64,000 nt of DNA. Origin: Shigella phage ESh26. The position numbers and the translations under genes were made by a program. This document shows positions 10,579 to 20,984 of the stretch, piece after piece. Position 1 is the first letter of the stretch, and each line of letters starts with the position of its first letter. The stretch lies in sequence record ON528736; one strand, written 5' to 3'. The notes below the pieces were generated by a model. That model made no database searches, was not told the origin of the DNA, and worked only from the letters and a program-made list of their open reading frames with translations.

Positions 10579-10767
10579 TTAATAATCTATTGGTAAGAGA
10601 GTACGGTATATTTCAAACTTTGGACCTTTTTCATAGGCATCAAATGTTTCTGCGAATTTATTATAAGCATATGCATCTATAAATTCAATCATAATTTGTG
10701 ATACAGAAGTAGAAACATCTCCACCTTCTTTTTGAGCCACGACAATTGTTTCTAAGTAAGCTTTCAT
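10579..10767 (-). CDS. Hypothetical small protein (62 aa)
   Basis: ORF between ligase and alt; followed by a GGCC-UUCG-GGCC hairpin at about 10563-10581. Confidence 0.4.
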   Translation of the reverse strand: MKAYLETIVVAQKEGGDVSTSVSQIMIEFIDAYAYNKFAETFDAYEKGPKFEIYRTLLPIDY

Positions 10768-12227
10768 AGACCAGTTACCTCATGAAAATCACCAAATACA
10801 TCCTCGAATGTATTAGCTTTAGTTTTATCTTCACGTAAACGAATCGCAATCGGAAGAAATAATTTAACGTAATCAGTGCGGCCGTCAGATTTTAACCAAC
10901 CATTGCATTCGCACTCTAGAATTTTTCCAATATAATAATTTTGGTTTTCCATAATCCGAGTACGGTCAAGTTCATGCGATTTTACACCGGCTTTATCTTT
11001 TAAGCCTGAACCAGCATTTACTTTAATTTTTCCACATTCTGATTCAAGAATAAATCCACCAGCTTTAGTAGGGTCTTTACGGTGAGGATAAATTCCTACA
11101 ATTTTTAAATCAACATCAATTACTTCTTTAAATTTATAAAGATTTTTTGAACGAGCATTTTCCCACAATCCATCGGTATTTTTGAGAATAATACCTTCAA
11201 GACCTTGGTCAATATACTTTTTATAAATTACCTTAGCTTCATCTAGGTTATTTACTACTTGGTTTTCAATTAAAATTACTTTATCATATCCTGATGTCAT
11301 TTGTTCTAGTTTAGAAAAACGTACATCATATTTTAAACGAAACGCCGGAAGACCATATATTTCTACCAACGGAACATAATCCCAGACCTGAAACTTCATG
11401 CATTTGGCTTCTTTTTCTGAAATAGTTCCTTTTAAGGATTTATTGGCGATTCCATTAGAAGCAGTACGAGATTCCGCTACTTCGGCGAATTCTTTAGCTT
11501 TACTAATTTCAGGATAAGCATCAAAAAGAAAATCTAGGCCTTCTGGTTCCTTTTTAACTTGCTCATGGTATACCAATTCGCCATCGATTAACACACCTTC
11601 TGGATGAATCTGGCGGGCTTCAGCAGTCATTTTGATTAACTCTTCCTTAAGAAGATCTAATCCTAGATATTCATTACCAGCTCGTGATAAAAGACGAACA
11701 TCATCTAATTCATCACCTCGGACTTCAGCAAAACACCGAGCTCCATCTGCTTTTAACTGCGCAAAGGCTGGAAACTTGATATTTTTACTAATGCCTTTTT
11801 CATCATAAGAACTTGCCAACATTTGAGGTTGTTCAGGAATTAAACCTGGCCAAACTTTGTTTGCAATAGATACTGAAGCACCGCATTCAAGGTCTCGCAT
11901 CATCACTCGACGCAAAACTTCAACATCATCCTTTTTACCATCAGTGATATATCCAGTTAATTCCTCAATTGCAGCATTTCCAGTCAATTTCCGAGTAGCT
12001 AACGTGAATTCAATGAAGTCAAGCATATCGGTAATAGTCAGCATTCCAAAACTCTGGGTAGCAATACCAGGCTTAGGCCATTTCTTGATATAATACTGTA
12101 ACCCACGAGAATAAGTCAGACGATATACTCGTTTAAGCAATTCATTATCTTTATTCTTTTCAAGAATTGCTTGCTTCTGCTTAGTTGATCCAATAGATGC
12201 TATTTCATTCAGAATTTTAAGAATCAT
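10764..12227 (-). CDS. 30: ATP-dependent DNA ligase gp30
   Basis: 487 aa; adenylation motif KADGAR; sequence matches T4 DNA ligase as recalled. Confidence 0.95.
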   Translation of the reverse strand: MILKILNEIASIGSTKQKQAILEKNKDNELLKRVYRLTYSRGLQYYIKKWPKPGIATQSFGMLTITDMLDFIEFTLATRKLTGNAAIEELTGYITDGKKDDVEVLRRVMMRDLECGASVSIANKVWPGLIPEQPQMLASSYDEKGISKNIKFPAFAQLKADGARCFAEVRGDELDDVRLLSRAGNEYLGLDLLKEELIKMTAEARQIHPEGVLIDGELVYHEQVKKEPEGLDFLFDAYPEISKAKEFAEVAESRTASNGIANKSLKGTISEKEAKCMKFQVWDYVPLVEIYGLPAFRLKYDVRFSKLEQMTSGYDKVILIENQVVNNLDEAKVIYKKYIDQGLEGIILKNTDGLWENARSKNLYKFKEVIDVDLKIVGIYPHRKDPTKAGGFILESECGKIKVNAGSGLKDKAGVKSHELDRTRIMENQNYYIGKILECECNGWLKSDGRTDYVKLFLPIAIRLREDKTKANTFEDVFGDFHEVTGL

Positions 12228-12493
12228 TGTTCATCCTTCAGAGTTTGATTTACAGCTCTATTATAAATCAATTCATCATTAAGCTCAGGCAAAGACTTAT
12301 GATATGTAGTTCTAACTTTATTTCCTTGCATCCAGTGCTTGACGTAAATGAAACCTTGCTCTACACATTTTTTAAAAATTCGTTCGTCTTTTTGAGCTCG
12401 GAATTCTGGATTGCATCTAAAAAATTGATTCACGTGACCGTAATCGCGTGTAGTATTACCTTCATTTTCATAAATAGTGTGAACGACAAACAT
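12224..12493 (-). CDS. Hypothetical protein (30.1-like, 89 aa)
   Basis: Coupled to ligase and the downstream ORF by overlapping start/stop codons. Confidence 0.5.
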   Translation of the reverse strand: MFVVHTIYENEGNTTRDYGHVNQFFRCNPEFRAQKDERIFKKCVEQGFIYVKHWMQGNKVRTTYHKSLPELNDELIYNRAVNQTLKDEQ

Positions 12494-13332
12494 TAGAATG
12501 CTCCTTGGAAAATATTATCACCACAAGTAGGTCTATTATACAAATACTCTATGCCACCAGGTTTAATATAGTTCCATGTCTGAAACGGATGTGTCTGATA
12601 TGGATGATATAGATGATTATAAGGATTAAATCCAGGCGTTCTCCAGGTAGTGTTCCAACGAAAAGAATCGTTTTTAACCATCTTCTCAATTAAATCTTTT
12701 ATAGCTTTTTCACTATCAAAACTTTCTTTATTTTCCTTTGGTGAAAAAAGCTTATTTTCTATATCATTCCATGTATAAACTCGCTGAGCAGTTTTTGGAA
12801 TATTGTCACGCTCTCCTCGAGCCATCCAATAAACAGGAACATTTAATATTTCACTCGCATGATCGCAGTGATGAGCGAGATCGTCAATATAACAAATTAC
12901 GTTATATTTCTCTTTTGCCTTTTTGAATAACTCTTCTTTTGAAGAATCATGACCACACATCATTACTTCTGAGAAGGCACCAGGAAAAAGAGCATTCAAA
13001 TTAAATTGACGATTCAACAGAGCGTCAATAGAATCACCCAATGCTGTAACAGCTACAAAATTATAATCTTCTTTTAATTTGTTAATTACACACAATGCAT
13101 CTTTATATGGAGACAAGTAACGAATAAAATCTGATCGATTGTATTTTTCAATTAACTTGACACCAAGTTCTTCATCGCATTTAAATAGTTTACCTGGAGA
13201 AATAAATTTCTCATCTTGGATCATTTTTAAAATATGTTCTAATGGAAGATTATATTTCTGAGCAAAATAAGGAAGACCTGATTGCCAGCTTAAACATACT
13301 CCATCAATATCAGTTAAAATAGTAGGCTTCAT
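12493..13332 (-). CDS. HAD-superfamily hydrolase-like protein (30.2-like)
   Basis: 279 aa; N-terminal DIDGV (HAD motif I, DxDxV) and a later YIDD motif. Confidence 0.6.
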   Translation of the reverse strand: MKPTILTDIDGVCLSWQSGLPYFAQKYNLPLEHILKMIQDEKFISPGKLFKCDEELGVKLIEKYNRSDFIRYLSPYKDALCVINKLKEDYNFVAVTALGDSIDALLNRQFNLNALFPGAFSEVMMCGHDSSKEELFKKAKEKYNVICYIDDLAHHCDHASEILNVPVYWMARGERDNIPKTAQRVYTWNDIENKLFSPKENKESFDSEKAIKDLIEKMVKNDSFRWNTTWRTPGFNPYNHLYHPYQTHPFQTWNYIKPGGIEYLYNRPTCGDNIFQGAF

Positions 13333-13787
13333 AGAGAGTCTCTTAATAGGTTTAACACATCAATAAATTCAGCTTCGGTTAGTATTGTATCATCTTTTGT
13401 TAGACCACTAGCCATGCTGTGCTTCAAAACTTTTCCTTTCGAGGCTTGTAATGCATCACGAAAGCCCCTGTTTTGGATCGCTGCTTCAAAATATGCATTT
13501 GTGTATAATTCTTTCCACGCTGGGGAGTATCTTGAAAACGGAACTCCAAGCCAGAAGAGGGTCCCACGGTCCTGAGCTCTAGCATAAGACCTTCCAGCTT
13601 GTTGGGCGGCAAGCCCGGATAACCCAAATATACGACGTTGCTGTTCAACATTTTTCACCTTACACCCTTGGAGGAATCCTTCGAGACCTCCAAATTGGAT
13701 ACCATCCATAACAAAAGGCCATTGGGCGAAATTACTTAATGCGCATGATGGCCATTTAAAATTGCTTCTTATCTCTAGCTCAGACAT
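13329..13787 (-). CDS. YbiA/NADAR-like protein (30.3-like)
   Basis: 152 aa; LSNF...W...GLEGF pattern typical of DUF1768/NADAR proteins; position downstream of ligase as for T4 30.3. Confidence 0.55.
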   Translation of the reverse strand: MSELEIRSNFKWPSCALSNFAQWPFVMDGIQFGGLEGFLQGCKVKNVEQQRRIFGLSGLAAQQAGRSYARAQDRGTLFWLGVPFSRYSPAWKELYTNAYFEAAIQNRGFRDALQASKGKVLKHSMASGLTKDDTILTEAEFIDVLNLLRDSL

Positions 13788-13995
13788 CTTTAATACTTAT
13801 AATTTCAACATCAGCCCAATGACCGTAACCAGGTAAACGGTCTTCAATAGATAATCCACCATCATATTTAAGCATTTTAATTGTCATAATATATGGCTCT
13901 AAATGGTCTTCAGTGAGCGGAGAGACATCAGTCACGCGATAAGTAACTTCAACCATTTCCGTACCTAATAATTTCTGAATTAATTTCTTAAACAT
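13780..13995 (-). CDS. Hypothetical protein (71 aa)
   Basis: ORF with overlapping stop/start to neighbours. Confidence 0.45.
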   Translation of the reverse strand: MFKKLIQKLLGTEMVEVTYRVTDVSPLTEDHLEPYIMTIKMLKYDGGLSIEDRLPGYGHWADVEIISIKDV

Positions 13996-13999
13996 TTTA

Positions 14000-14287
14000 T
14001 TAGAACCTCATCTGAAAGCCATGCGATTTAACATTACCGCCGCCAATATCAGAAATATTAATTTCACGCGCAATTGAAGGGTCAATGTCAATTTCACGAT
14101 TGAGTTTAGTGATAGCTAAAGTATCGCGACCATTTACAGTACGGAACTCTAAAGGGCAGACTACGTTAACGTAGTTTTTAATCGATTCGCTGGTAGGTTG
14201 CAAATGAGCAGGAAGGTCTTTAGGCGCCTTTGAGAAAACCACTTCGCAGAAATTTTTGCGGGTATCAAAATAAGTAGTCATAAACAT
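14000..14287 (-). CDS. Hypothetical protein (95 aa)
   Basis: ORF; preceded by a UUCG-type hairpin at about 14303-14320. Confidence 0.5.
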   Translation of the reverse strand: MFMTTYFDTRKNFCEVVFSKAPKDLPAHLQPTSESIKNYVNVVCPLEFRTVNGRDTLAITKLNREIDIDPSIAREINISDIGGGNVKSHGFQMRF

Positions 14288-14328
14288 AGTATTTTCCTCA
14301 GTAAGGGGCCGAAGCCCCTCATTTTATT

Positions 14329-14694
14329 TTAAATATCAAATTCGTTAAGAACTACATCAAAGATTGCTTCAAGATGCTCAGGTTTAGCTCTGTTACTCAG
14401 AATATGACGAATCCAAGTTTTAACCAGAAGCTTGCGATTAACGCCATTCCAACAAGGATGAGTCCCTAAATCGCGTTGACGAAAATCATCATCCAAAGCG
14501 ATTTTGAAGTTGGAACCTTCCATTGTGATTGAAACCGTGATGCCATTTTCAAATCGCATATAAACGTAGTTAGGAGTCATATACTGTTCAATTTCGCATA
14601 CTGATCCATTTTGATGTTTCCAAAGGCAAATAGTATCAATAGAACCTGCAATACCGTTAGAAACATATTTACGTTCAAAGTTGATGTAGTTCAT
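14329..14694 (-). CDS. Hypothetical protein (121 aa)
   Basis: ATG start downstream of an early promoter/stem-loop cassette. Confidence 0.55.
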   Translation of the reverse strand: MNYINFERKYVSNGIAGSIDTICLWKHQNGSVCEIEQYMTPNYVYMRFENGITVSITMEGSNFKIALDDDFRQRDLGTHPCWNGVNRKLLVKTWIRHILSNRAKPEHLEAIFDVVLNEFDI

Positions 14695-14720
14695 TTTTAT
14701 TCTCCGAGATGTTTAATTGC

Positions 14721-14760
14721 GGTACAGGTATATAATATCATATCCTGTACCAAAGTAAAC
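14721..14760 (-). promoter_or_regulatory. Early promoter embedded in an inverted repeat (PeSL-like cassette)
   Basis: 8-bp inverted repeat ggtacagg/cctgtacc flanks the -10; -35 GTTTAC at about 14755-14760. Confidence 0.5.
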
Positions 14761-14762
14761 AA

Positions 14763-15095
14763 TTATTTTACTACTTTCCAATGCTTCATGTCAAGTTTAC
14801 CAACTTTTTTCATCTTCTCAATTAAGCGTTCTGCACGTTGGCGAGATGTAACATAATGCCATTCACCTAATTCATTTTGTTCAATTTTTCCAACGATTAC
14901 CGTATTCAATTCATAAATCCAACCAGTAAAGAAATTATGAACTTGAATTGTAAAGGTGAAATCTGTTCCCATACCTTCTGTTGTTTCTACTTCAATAACA
15001 TCACCTTCAACTGCCATTAAGAACCACATAGTTTCATCATATTTACCATTGAAGCATTTAGTTTTAACTGTAGCGTTCAGATTAATCGTTTTCAT
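14763..15095 (-). CDS. Hypothetical protein (110 aa)
   Basis: ATG start downstream of an early promoter. Confidence 0.55.
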   Translation of the reverse strand: MKTINLNATVKTKCFNGKYDETMWFLMAVEGDVIEVETTEGMGTDFTFTIQVHNFFTGWIYELNTVIVGKIEQNELGEWHYVTSRQRAERLIEKMKKVGKLDMKHWKVVK

Positions 15096-15122
15096 TTTAT
15101 TCTCCTTTGTTTGTGTAAGATA

Positions 15123-15152
15123 ATACTATCACAAAGGAACCATACTGTAAAC
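15123..15152 (-). promoter_or_regulatory. Early promoter (GTTTAC-N18-TAGTAT) with flanking inverted repeat cctttgt/acaaagg
   Basis: Read on the reverse complement; same architecture as the other cassettes. Confidence 0.5.
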
Positions 15153-15205
15153 AACTTTGTGCAATCTTTGGAAAATAAAAAAGGACTCCCGAAGGAGTCC
15201 TCAAC

Positions 15206-15382
15206 TTATGCTTTCTGCTTACCAAAACGAGAAGCATCATCTCGAAGAACCGCACGTGCTCGGCGCATGATCTTCTCAACAGTTTGATTGATACGAGAGT
15301 TCGACCCACGCTTGTAACCAGCGCGTTTAGAATCACCAACTTTCTTTTCAACTGCTTTCTTTGCTTTAGCTTGTTTTGCCAT
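15206..15382 (-). CDS. Small basic protein (about 58 aa, MAKQAKAKKAVEKK...)
   Basis: Internal ATG of tracked ORF 15206..15424; lysine/arginine rich; followed by hairpin ggactcc-cgaa-ggagtcc at about 15181-15200. Confidence 0.4.
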   Translation of the reverse strand: MAKQAKAKKAVEKKVGDSKRAGYKRGSNSRINQTVEKIMRRARAVLRDDASRFGKQKA

Positions 15383-15501
15383 TATAAATTCTCTTTTAAA
15401 TGAAAATGCAGGACTTATTGGCATTGCCTGCGAAAGCCCTCAAGGGGTACTTAGGTTTTGAATATTTACCGACAGGATAACCATAAACCTCGTCAACATA
15501 A

Positions 15502-15750
15502 TTACTTCAGTGTTACCACAAAGTGACGAACTGCTTTTCGTGCGGCAGAAGCCAGAGGCTTAGCATATTTAAGTTCATCTTTTTCCTGAAGCTCAGCAGC
15601 TAATGCAGTTTGAGCAGGATTCAGATGTTTGAAATAACGCAGGATTTCAAGAGCTTCGGCTTCAACATCAATAGATGCGCCATAGTTTTCGTGACCATTA
15701 TTCCATGCGTTTCGTTGCAGTTCAAGAGCGTGTTGTAATTGTTTAATCAT
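15502..15750 (-). CDS. rIII: rIII lysis-inhibition accessory protein
   Basis: 82 aa, same length as T4 rIII; adjacent to gene 31. Confidence 0.85.
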   Translation of the reverse strand: MIKQLQHALELQRNAWNNGHENYGASIDVEAEALEILRYFKHLNPAQTALAAELQEKDELKYAKPLASAARKAVRHFVVTLK

Positions 15751-15897
15751 TTAAAAATTCTCGTTAGAGATTAAAACTCGGTAGTCACGTTCTTCTGAAT
15801 TTCATCTTCTTTCGACAGATCTCTCAGTTGTAGACTACCACATAGAATTGTTCGGTTAACTTATTATTCCGACACCCAATTCATATTATTATTTATA

Positions 15898-16233
15898 TCA
15901 CTTATAAAGACACGGAATAGCTTTATAGTGACAGGTAACGAATTTTTGTTTAATTTCTTTTGGCTGCTTAAGACCCAGAGCTACAAAAGGATGCGGAACA
16001 TTTCGAATTTGACCAACTGGAAGAGAAGTCAAATCACCAACTTCGCAGAAACCTTCAGGAACATCAGGACCAACAGAGTGAACTACACACAGTTCAGGAA
16101 CTTCACCTTGAACACGTTTACCGATAATAAGTCCTGATTCTGTAACTTCTTCATCACCGGCTTGTGCAGGTTCAGAAACTAAAATAACATATTCACCGAC
16201 AGCACGAATTGGTAGCTGTTGTACTTCAGACAT
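15898..16233 (-). CDS. 31: Co-chaperonin gp31 (GroES-like)
   Basis: 111 aa; sequence [19 protein letters not shown]... matches T4 gp31 as recalled. Confidence 0.9.
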
Positions 16234-16289
16234 CGTTTTTCCTTTTTGTTAACAGATGAATTAATAATAACAAATAATTCTTAAAGCAT

Positions 16290-16598
16290 TTATTTACCAA
16301 TAAATTGGAGCAAATGCTCAACTTTCATGCCATTAACGGAAATCAATTTGTCAATAGAAAAACCTCGCCATGCACCGAGTTCAACATCAAATACTGGAAT
16401 CATATCAGTAGATTCTTTCCGAGCAGATTCAGTCAATTTACCAGTTTGCATGGTTGGCATAAAGTCCGCATCGCGAGTACCTTTCATAGTACGAATAGTA
16501 CCATCAGACTTTTCAAAAACTACATTTGAAATACCCATGGACAATTTAGTTTTCAAAATTTCACGAATTGCTACTTTTTGTTCAGTCGTCAGTTTCAT
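16290..16598 (-). CDS. Hypothetical protein (102 aa)
   Basis: ORF between cd and 31. Confidence 0.5.
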   Translation of the reverse strand: MKLTTEQKVAIREILKTKLSMGISNVVFEKSDGTIRTMKGTRDADFMPTMQTGKLTESARKESTDMIPVFDVELGAWRGFSIDKLISVNGMKVEHLLQFIGK

Positions 16599-16835
16599 TT
16601 ATTTACCTATTACAGTTTTATGATAAATTGTTCCACGTTCTTTAAGGGTGGAAAGTAATTTTTGATATTTTTCTAAATCAGATTTCCAACTATGCGGTCT
16701 ATCAATACAAACCCAGTTTGATTTATAATACTGTTTCCACCTAGAGAAAAAATATTTCTTATACTCTACAGCAAATGAAATGTTCTCGGTAGAATAAGAA
16801 CTAATTGCTGTGAGCTGTACCAAACGAAATTTCAT
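16599..16835 (-). CDS. Hypothetical protein (78 aa)
   Basis: ORF directly downstream of cd. Confidence 0.45.
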   Translation of the reverse strand: MKFRLVQLTAISSYSTENISFAVEYKKYFFSRWKQYYKSNWVCIDRPHSWKSDLEKYQKLLSTLKERGTIYHKTVIGK

Positions 16836-17416
16836 TATTCACCACAGAATTCGTTGATATTTTCCCAGTTTAACTTATTCAAGTTTTTCTTAGGAACATT
16901 AAACACTTCAATACCCGCATTTCGCAGAATATCATCCCAGCCAGGTTTATTTTTATCGTATGTTTCGCAATAAACCAGCTTTTTAATTCCAGATTGAGCT
17001 ATTGCTTTTGCACAATCTGGGCAAGGAGAAAGTGTTACATACATAGTAGCACCTTCAATTGAAGAACCGTTTCGTGCAGCAAACAAAATCGCATTTAGTT
17101 CAGCATGAATTTCATTTTTAGACGACCATTCAGAGTGCGCGCTACGATGTTCTTTCGCCAAGACAAAACGATCAGTTGAACCAAATGATACACATTCAGG
17201 CTTATGACCTTGAATGATAGTATGTTTAGGTTTATTCAACAACCAACCTTGCTCGGCAGCATAATCACAACAGTTCACACCCCCGGCAGGTGAACCATTA
17301 TATCCAGTAGAAATAATACGTCCATTCTTTTCAATTACTGCTCCTACCTTCCAGGAGCAACATTTTGATTCTTGTGATACTAAATATGCAATTTGAAGTA
17401 CTGTACTCGCTTTCAT
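16835..17416 (-). CDS. cd: dCMP deaminase
   Basis: 193 aa; zinc-binding motifs HAELNA and PCPDC. Confidence 0.9.
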   Translation of the reverse strand: MKASTVLQIAYLVSQESKCCSWKVGAVIEKNGRIISTGYNGSPAGGVNCCDYAAEQGWLLNKPKHTIIQGHKPECVSFGSTDRFVLAKEHRSAHSEWSSKNEIHAELNAILFAARNGSSIEGATMYVTLSPCPDCAKAIAQSGIKKLVYCETYDKNKPGWDDILRNAGIEVFNVPKKNLNKLNWENINEFCGE

Positions 17417-17751
17417 TTCATAATCACCAGATAAGCAGATTTAGCAGTTTCAACACGATAAATTTCGTGACGAAGTTTAGTTATACTTTTAATAACAGAA
17501 CTAATTATATTCTGCCCATCTTTAAAGCGGTTTTTCTTATCAATAAAAATTGCGCCAACCATCTTTTTGTGAAGCTCAACTGGATACTTCGTCACAATAA
17601 TAGCATCATACACAGAAGGATGAATACTATTCACTAGAGTATCATTCATTAAAGTTATTCTAATGAACTGTGCTGTTTCAGAATCAAGCGCTCTATGATC
17701 GCCAGTATCATTTTCAAGACAATTATCAATTATATCAGTTAAATTCATCAT
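17413..17751 (-). CDS. Hypothetical protein (112 aa)
   Basis: ORF in the cd-pseT small-gene cluster. Confidence 0.5.
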   Translation of the reverse strand: MMNLTDIIDNCLENDTGDHRALDSETAQFIRITLMNDTLVNSIHPSVYDAIIVTKYPVELHKKMVGAIFIDKKNRFKDGQNIISSVIKSITKLRHEIYRVETAKSAYLVIMK

Positions 17752-17984
17752 AGTACGCCATACACCCTTTGTGCTTCAACTAATCCATCAAAATCCAATT
17801 TAAGATGTGTTATTTGGTCACCATCGCCTGGATTCACAATTACTAATACTGAACGAGGAGTTTCGGTAATAACACGAACCGATGTTTCAGGAAATCGTTC
17901 AGAAACCTTATTTACCAATTCCTGAGCAAATAGTTTAACTTTTTCTTGGAATTCTTTAACAGTAATTGGTTTTTCACTTAGCAT
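17748..17984 (-). CDS. Hypothetical protein (78 aa)
   Basis: ORF, overlapping start/stop with neighbours. Confidence 0.5.
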   Translation of the reverse strand: MLSEKPITVKEFQEKVKLFAQELVNKVSERFPETSVRVITETPRSVLVIVNPGDGDQITHLKLDFDGLVEAQRVYGVL

Positions 17985-18505
17985 GTTGATCCCAGCTCCT
18001 TACTTTCAACGTTTTTAACTAATTTGACAGAAACTAATTCGGCATCTTGGGTAATCATTACCGGGCCTTCTTTATACTCTTCAAGATATTCTAGAGCTTT
18101 CTTTTTAGCTTCTTCCTTCGTATCAGTTTGAGCATAGATATAAAACATGCAACCAGTAATACCTACTACTTTCCACTTAATTTCTTTATCAGTTTTAATT
18201 TCAAATTTACTGACAGAATCATCTTTTTGAACTTCTTCGAAAAAAGAATATTCTAACATATAAGCAATTGAAAATAACGGGCTAACTTTATAGGATTCGC
18301 CCATTACATCAACAGCTTTATACCAGCAATCGTCAATTTCGCGTTTAATGCTAATAACATTTTTCGCAGGATCTATTTTTACTTTAAATGAATTTTCCCC
18401 AATAAATTGAGCAATTCGTTTATTAGCCCCGCAGGTTTCATTAAAAATATCTTTATATCCAGCTTTAAAGCGATAAACCTTATCTTCTTCAAACCATTCG
18501 CTCAT
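17978..18505 (-). CDS. Hypothetical protein (175 aa)
   Basis: ATG start downstream of an early promoter cassette. Confidence 0.55.
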   Translation of the reverse strand: MSEWFEEDKVYRFKAGYKDIFNETCGANKRIAQFIGENSFKVKIDPAKNVISIKREIDDCWYKAVDVMGESYKVSPLFSIAYMLEYSFFEEVQKDDSVSKFEIKTDKEIKWKVVGITGCMFYIYAQTDTKEEAKKKALEYLEEYKEGPVMITQDAELVSVKLVKNVESKELGSTC

Positions 18506-18527
18506 TTCAATTTCCTCATTTGTTTTG

Positions 18528-18565
18528 GTAGAGCTATAATATCACAACTCTACCGTAAAGTAAAC
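18528..18565 (-). promoter_or_regulatory. Early promoter (GTTTAC-N18-TATTAT) flanked by inverted repeat ggtagag/ctctacc
   Basis: Read on the reverse complement. Confidence 0.5.
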
Positions 18566-18567
18566 TA

Positions 18568-18843
18568 TTAAATTGCTTTGAATTCTGATGTCTGCGATTC
18601 AAAACGAATATCGCCTTTGATGACTAGCTCAGCATCAAGACCAAATACGACAATGATATGTGCTGAACCTGGATACAGCGTAATGGCAATAGAATCCACC
18701 TGGTCTGGAAGCAAAGTGTTCAATACATGAGTCACTTGAGCATGAATTCGAAGCTCAGCTGCGTTATCAAGCTTTTCAAACATATTATTAGCGATAATTT
18801 GGCTAAACACTACTTCTACGATTTTAGAATAAGTCGGAAACAT
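18568..18843 (-). CDS. Hypothetical protein (91 aa)
   Basis: ORF. Confidence 0.5.
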   Translation of the reverse strand: MFPTYSKIVEVVFSQIIANNMFEKLDNAAELRIHAQVTHVLNTLLPDQVDSIAITLYPGSAHIIVVFGLDAELVIKGDIRFESQTSEFKAI

Positions 18844-18845
18844 AT

Positions 18846-19038
18846 TTACCTCACATAATTTTCTTCAAGCCAATTAATAACATCCAACGCATTATCAAAA
18901 GTTGAACCATCTACTTTGTCTTCTGTTTCATAATCAAGAACATCTAAGCCTACTCTTCCATCAACAATAGGCCATAAACAAAATAGATATTTCTTTTCTT
19001 TTTCAATTCTATCACAAAGTCGATAAATCTTTTCTATG

Positions 19039-19046
<8 letters not shown>
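18846..19046 (-). CDS. Hypothetical protein (66 aa)
   Basis: ORF. Confidence 0.45.
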
Positions 19047-20457
<1,411 letters not shown>

Positions 20458-20461
<4 letters not shown>

Positions 20462-20688
20462 TTATTTTTCTCAACCAATGATTGAATATAATCATGTAGG
20501 TCTTTAGATGCTTTACCCCACTTGTTTTGATATTCATTTTTAAGATTAGCACGTGATTGAGCTAATAAAACATCATTAGTTGGAGGTAAAGATTCTAATC
20601 GTTGAATCTGGCGTCCGTAAATCATTGCAGCCATCTCGGATTCATAAATCAATCCTTTGAGATGTTCAAATTGATGCCATGAAATCAT
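20458..20688 (-). CDS. Hypothetical protein (76 aa)
   Basis: ORF. Confidence 0.45.
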
Positions 20689-20984
20689 TTACATTTATCC
20701 TCTTTTAACTCTTGGCGATAATAACATATCATAGTTTTCTGATCATGTACATATCGTTTTACATCATTAAGCCAAATACGAAATTCCTGGGAATCTTCGA
20801 ATGGCATACCGACCCAAGCTTTACCATCAATAACTTTAACTTGCCAAGATAGTTTAGCTTCATCGTATGACTTTATTTGTACTGGCCAATTAGGATGAAC
20901 TGTTTCTTTCTTTACTTCTAGAGGCTTTGTCGAACAACCAACTAGAAGACCAATAGATAATATTACTGCTGATAGTCTAATCAT
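20685..20984 (-). CDS. Putative lipoprotein (99 aa)
   Basis: Signal peptide with lipobox LLVGC|S. Confidence 0.5.
   Translation of the reverse strand: MIRLSAVILSIGLLVGCSTKPLEVKKETVHPNWPVQIKSYDEAKLSWQVKVIDGKAWVGMPFEDSQEFRIWLNDVKRYVHDQKTMICYYRQELKEDKCK

Noticed and set aside
12227-12496. Plus-strand 89-aa ORF mirroring the minus-strand ORF 12224-12493
   Set aside because: All neighbouring genes are minus-strand and translationally coupled; the plus-strand frame is a mirror ORF
15097-15351. 84-aa minus-strand ORF overlapping the small basic protein gene
   Set aside because: It runs through the early promoter cassette at about 15123-15152 and has a junk-like translation; the alternative frame with a downstream terminator is more plausible
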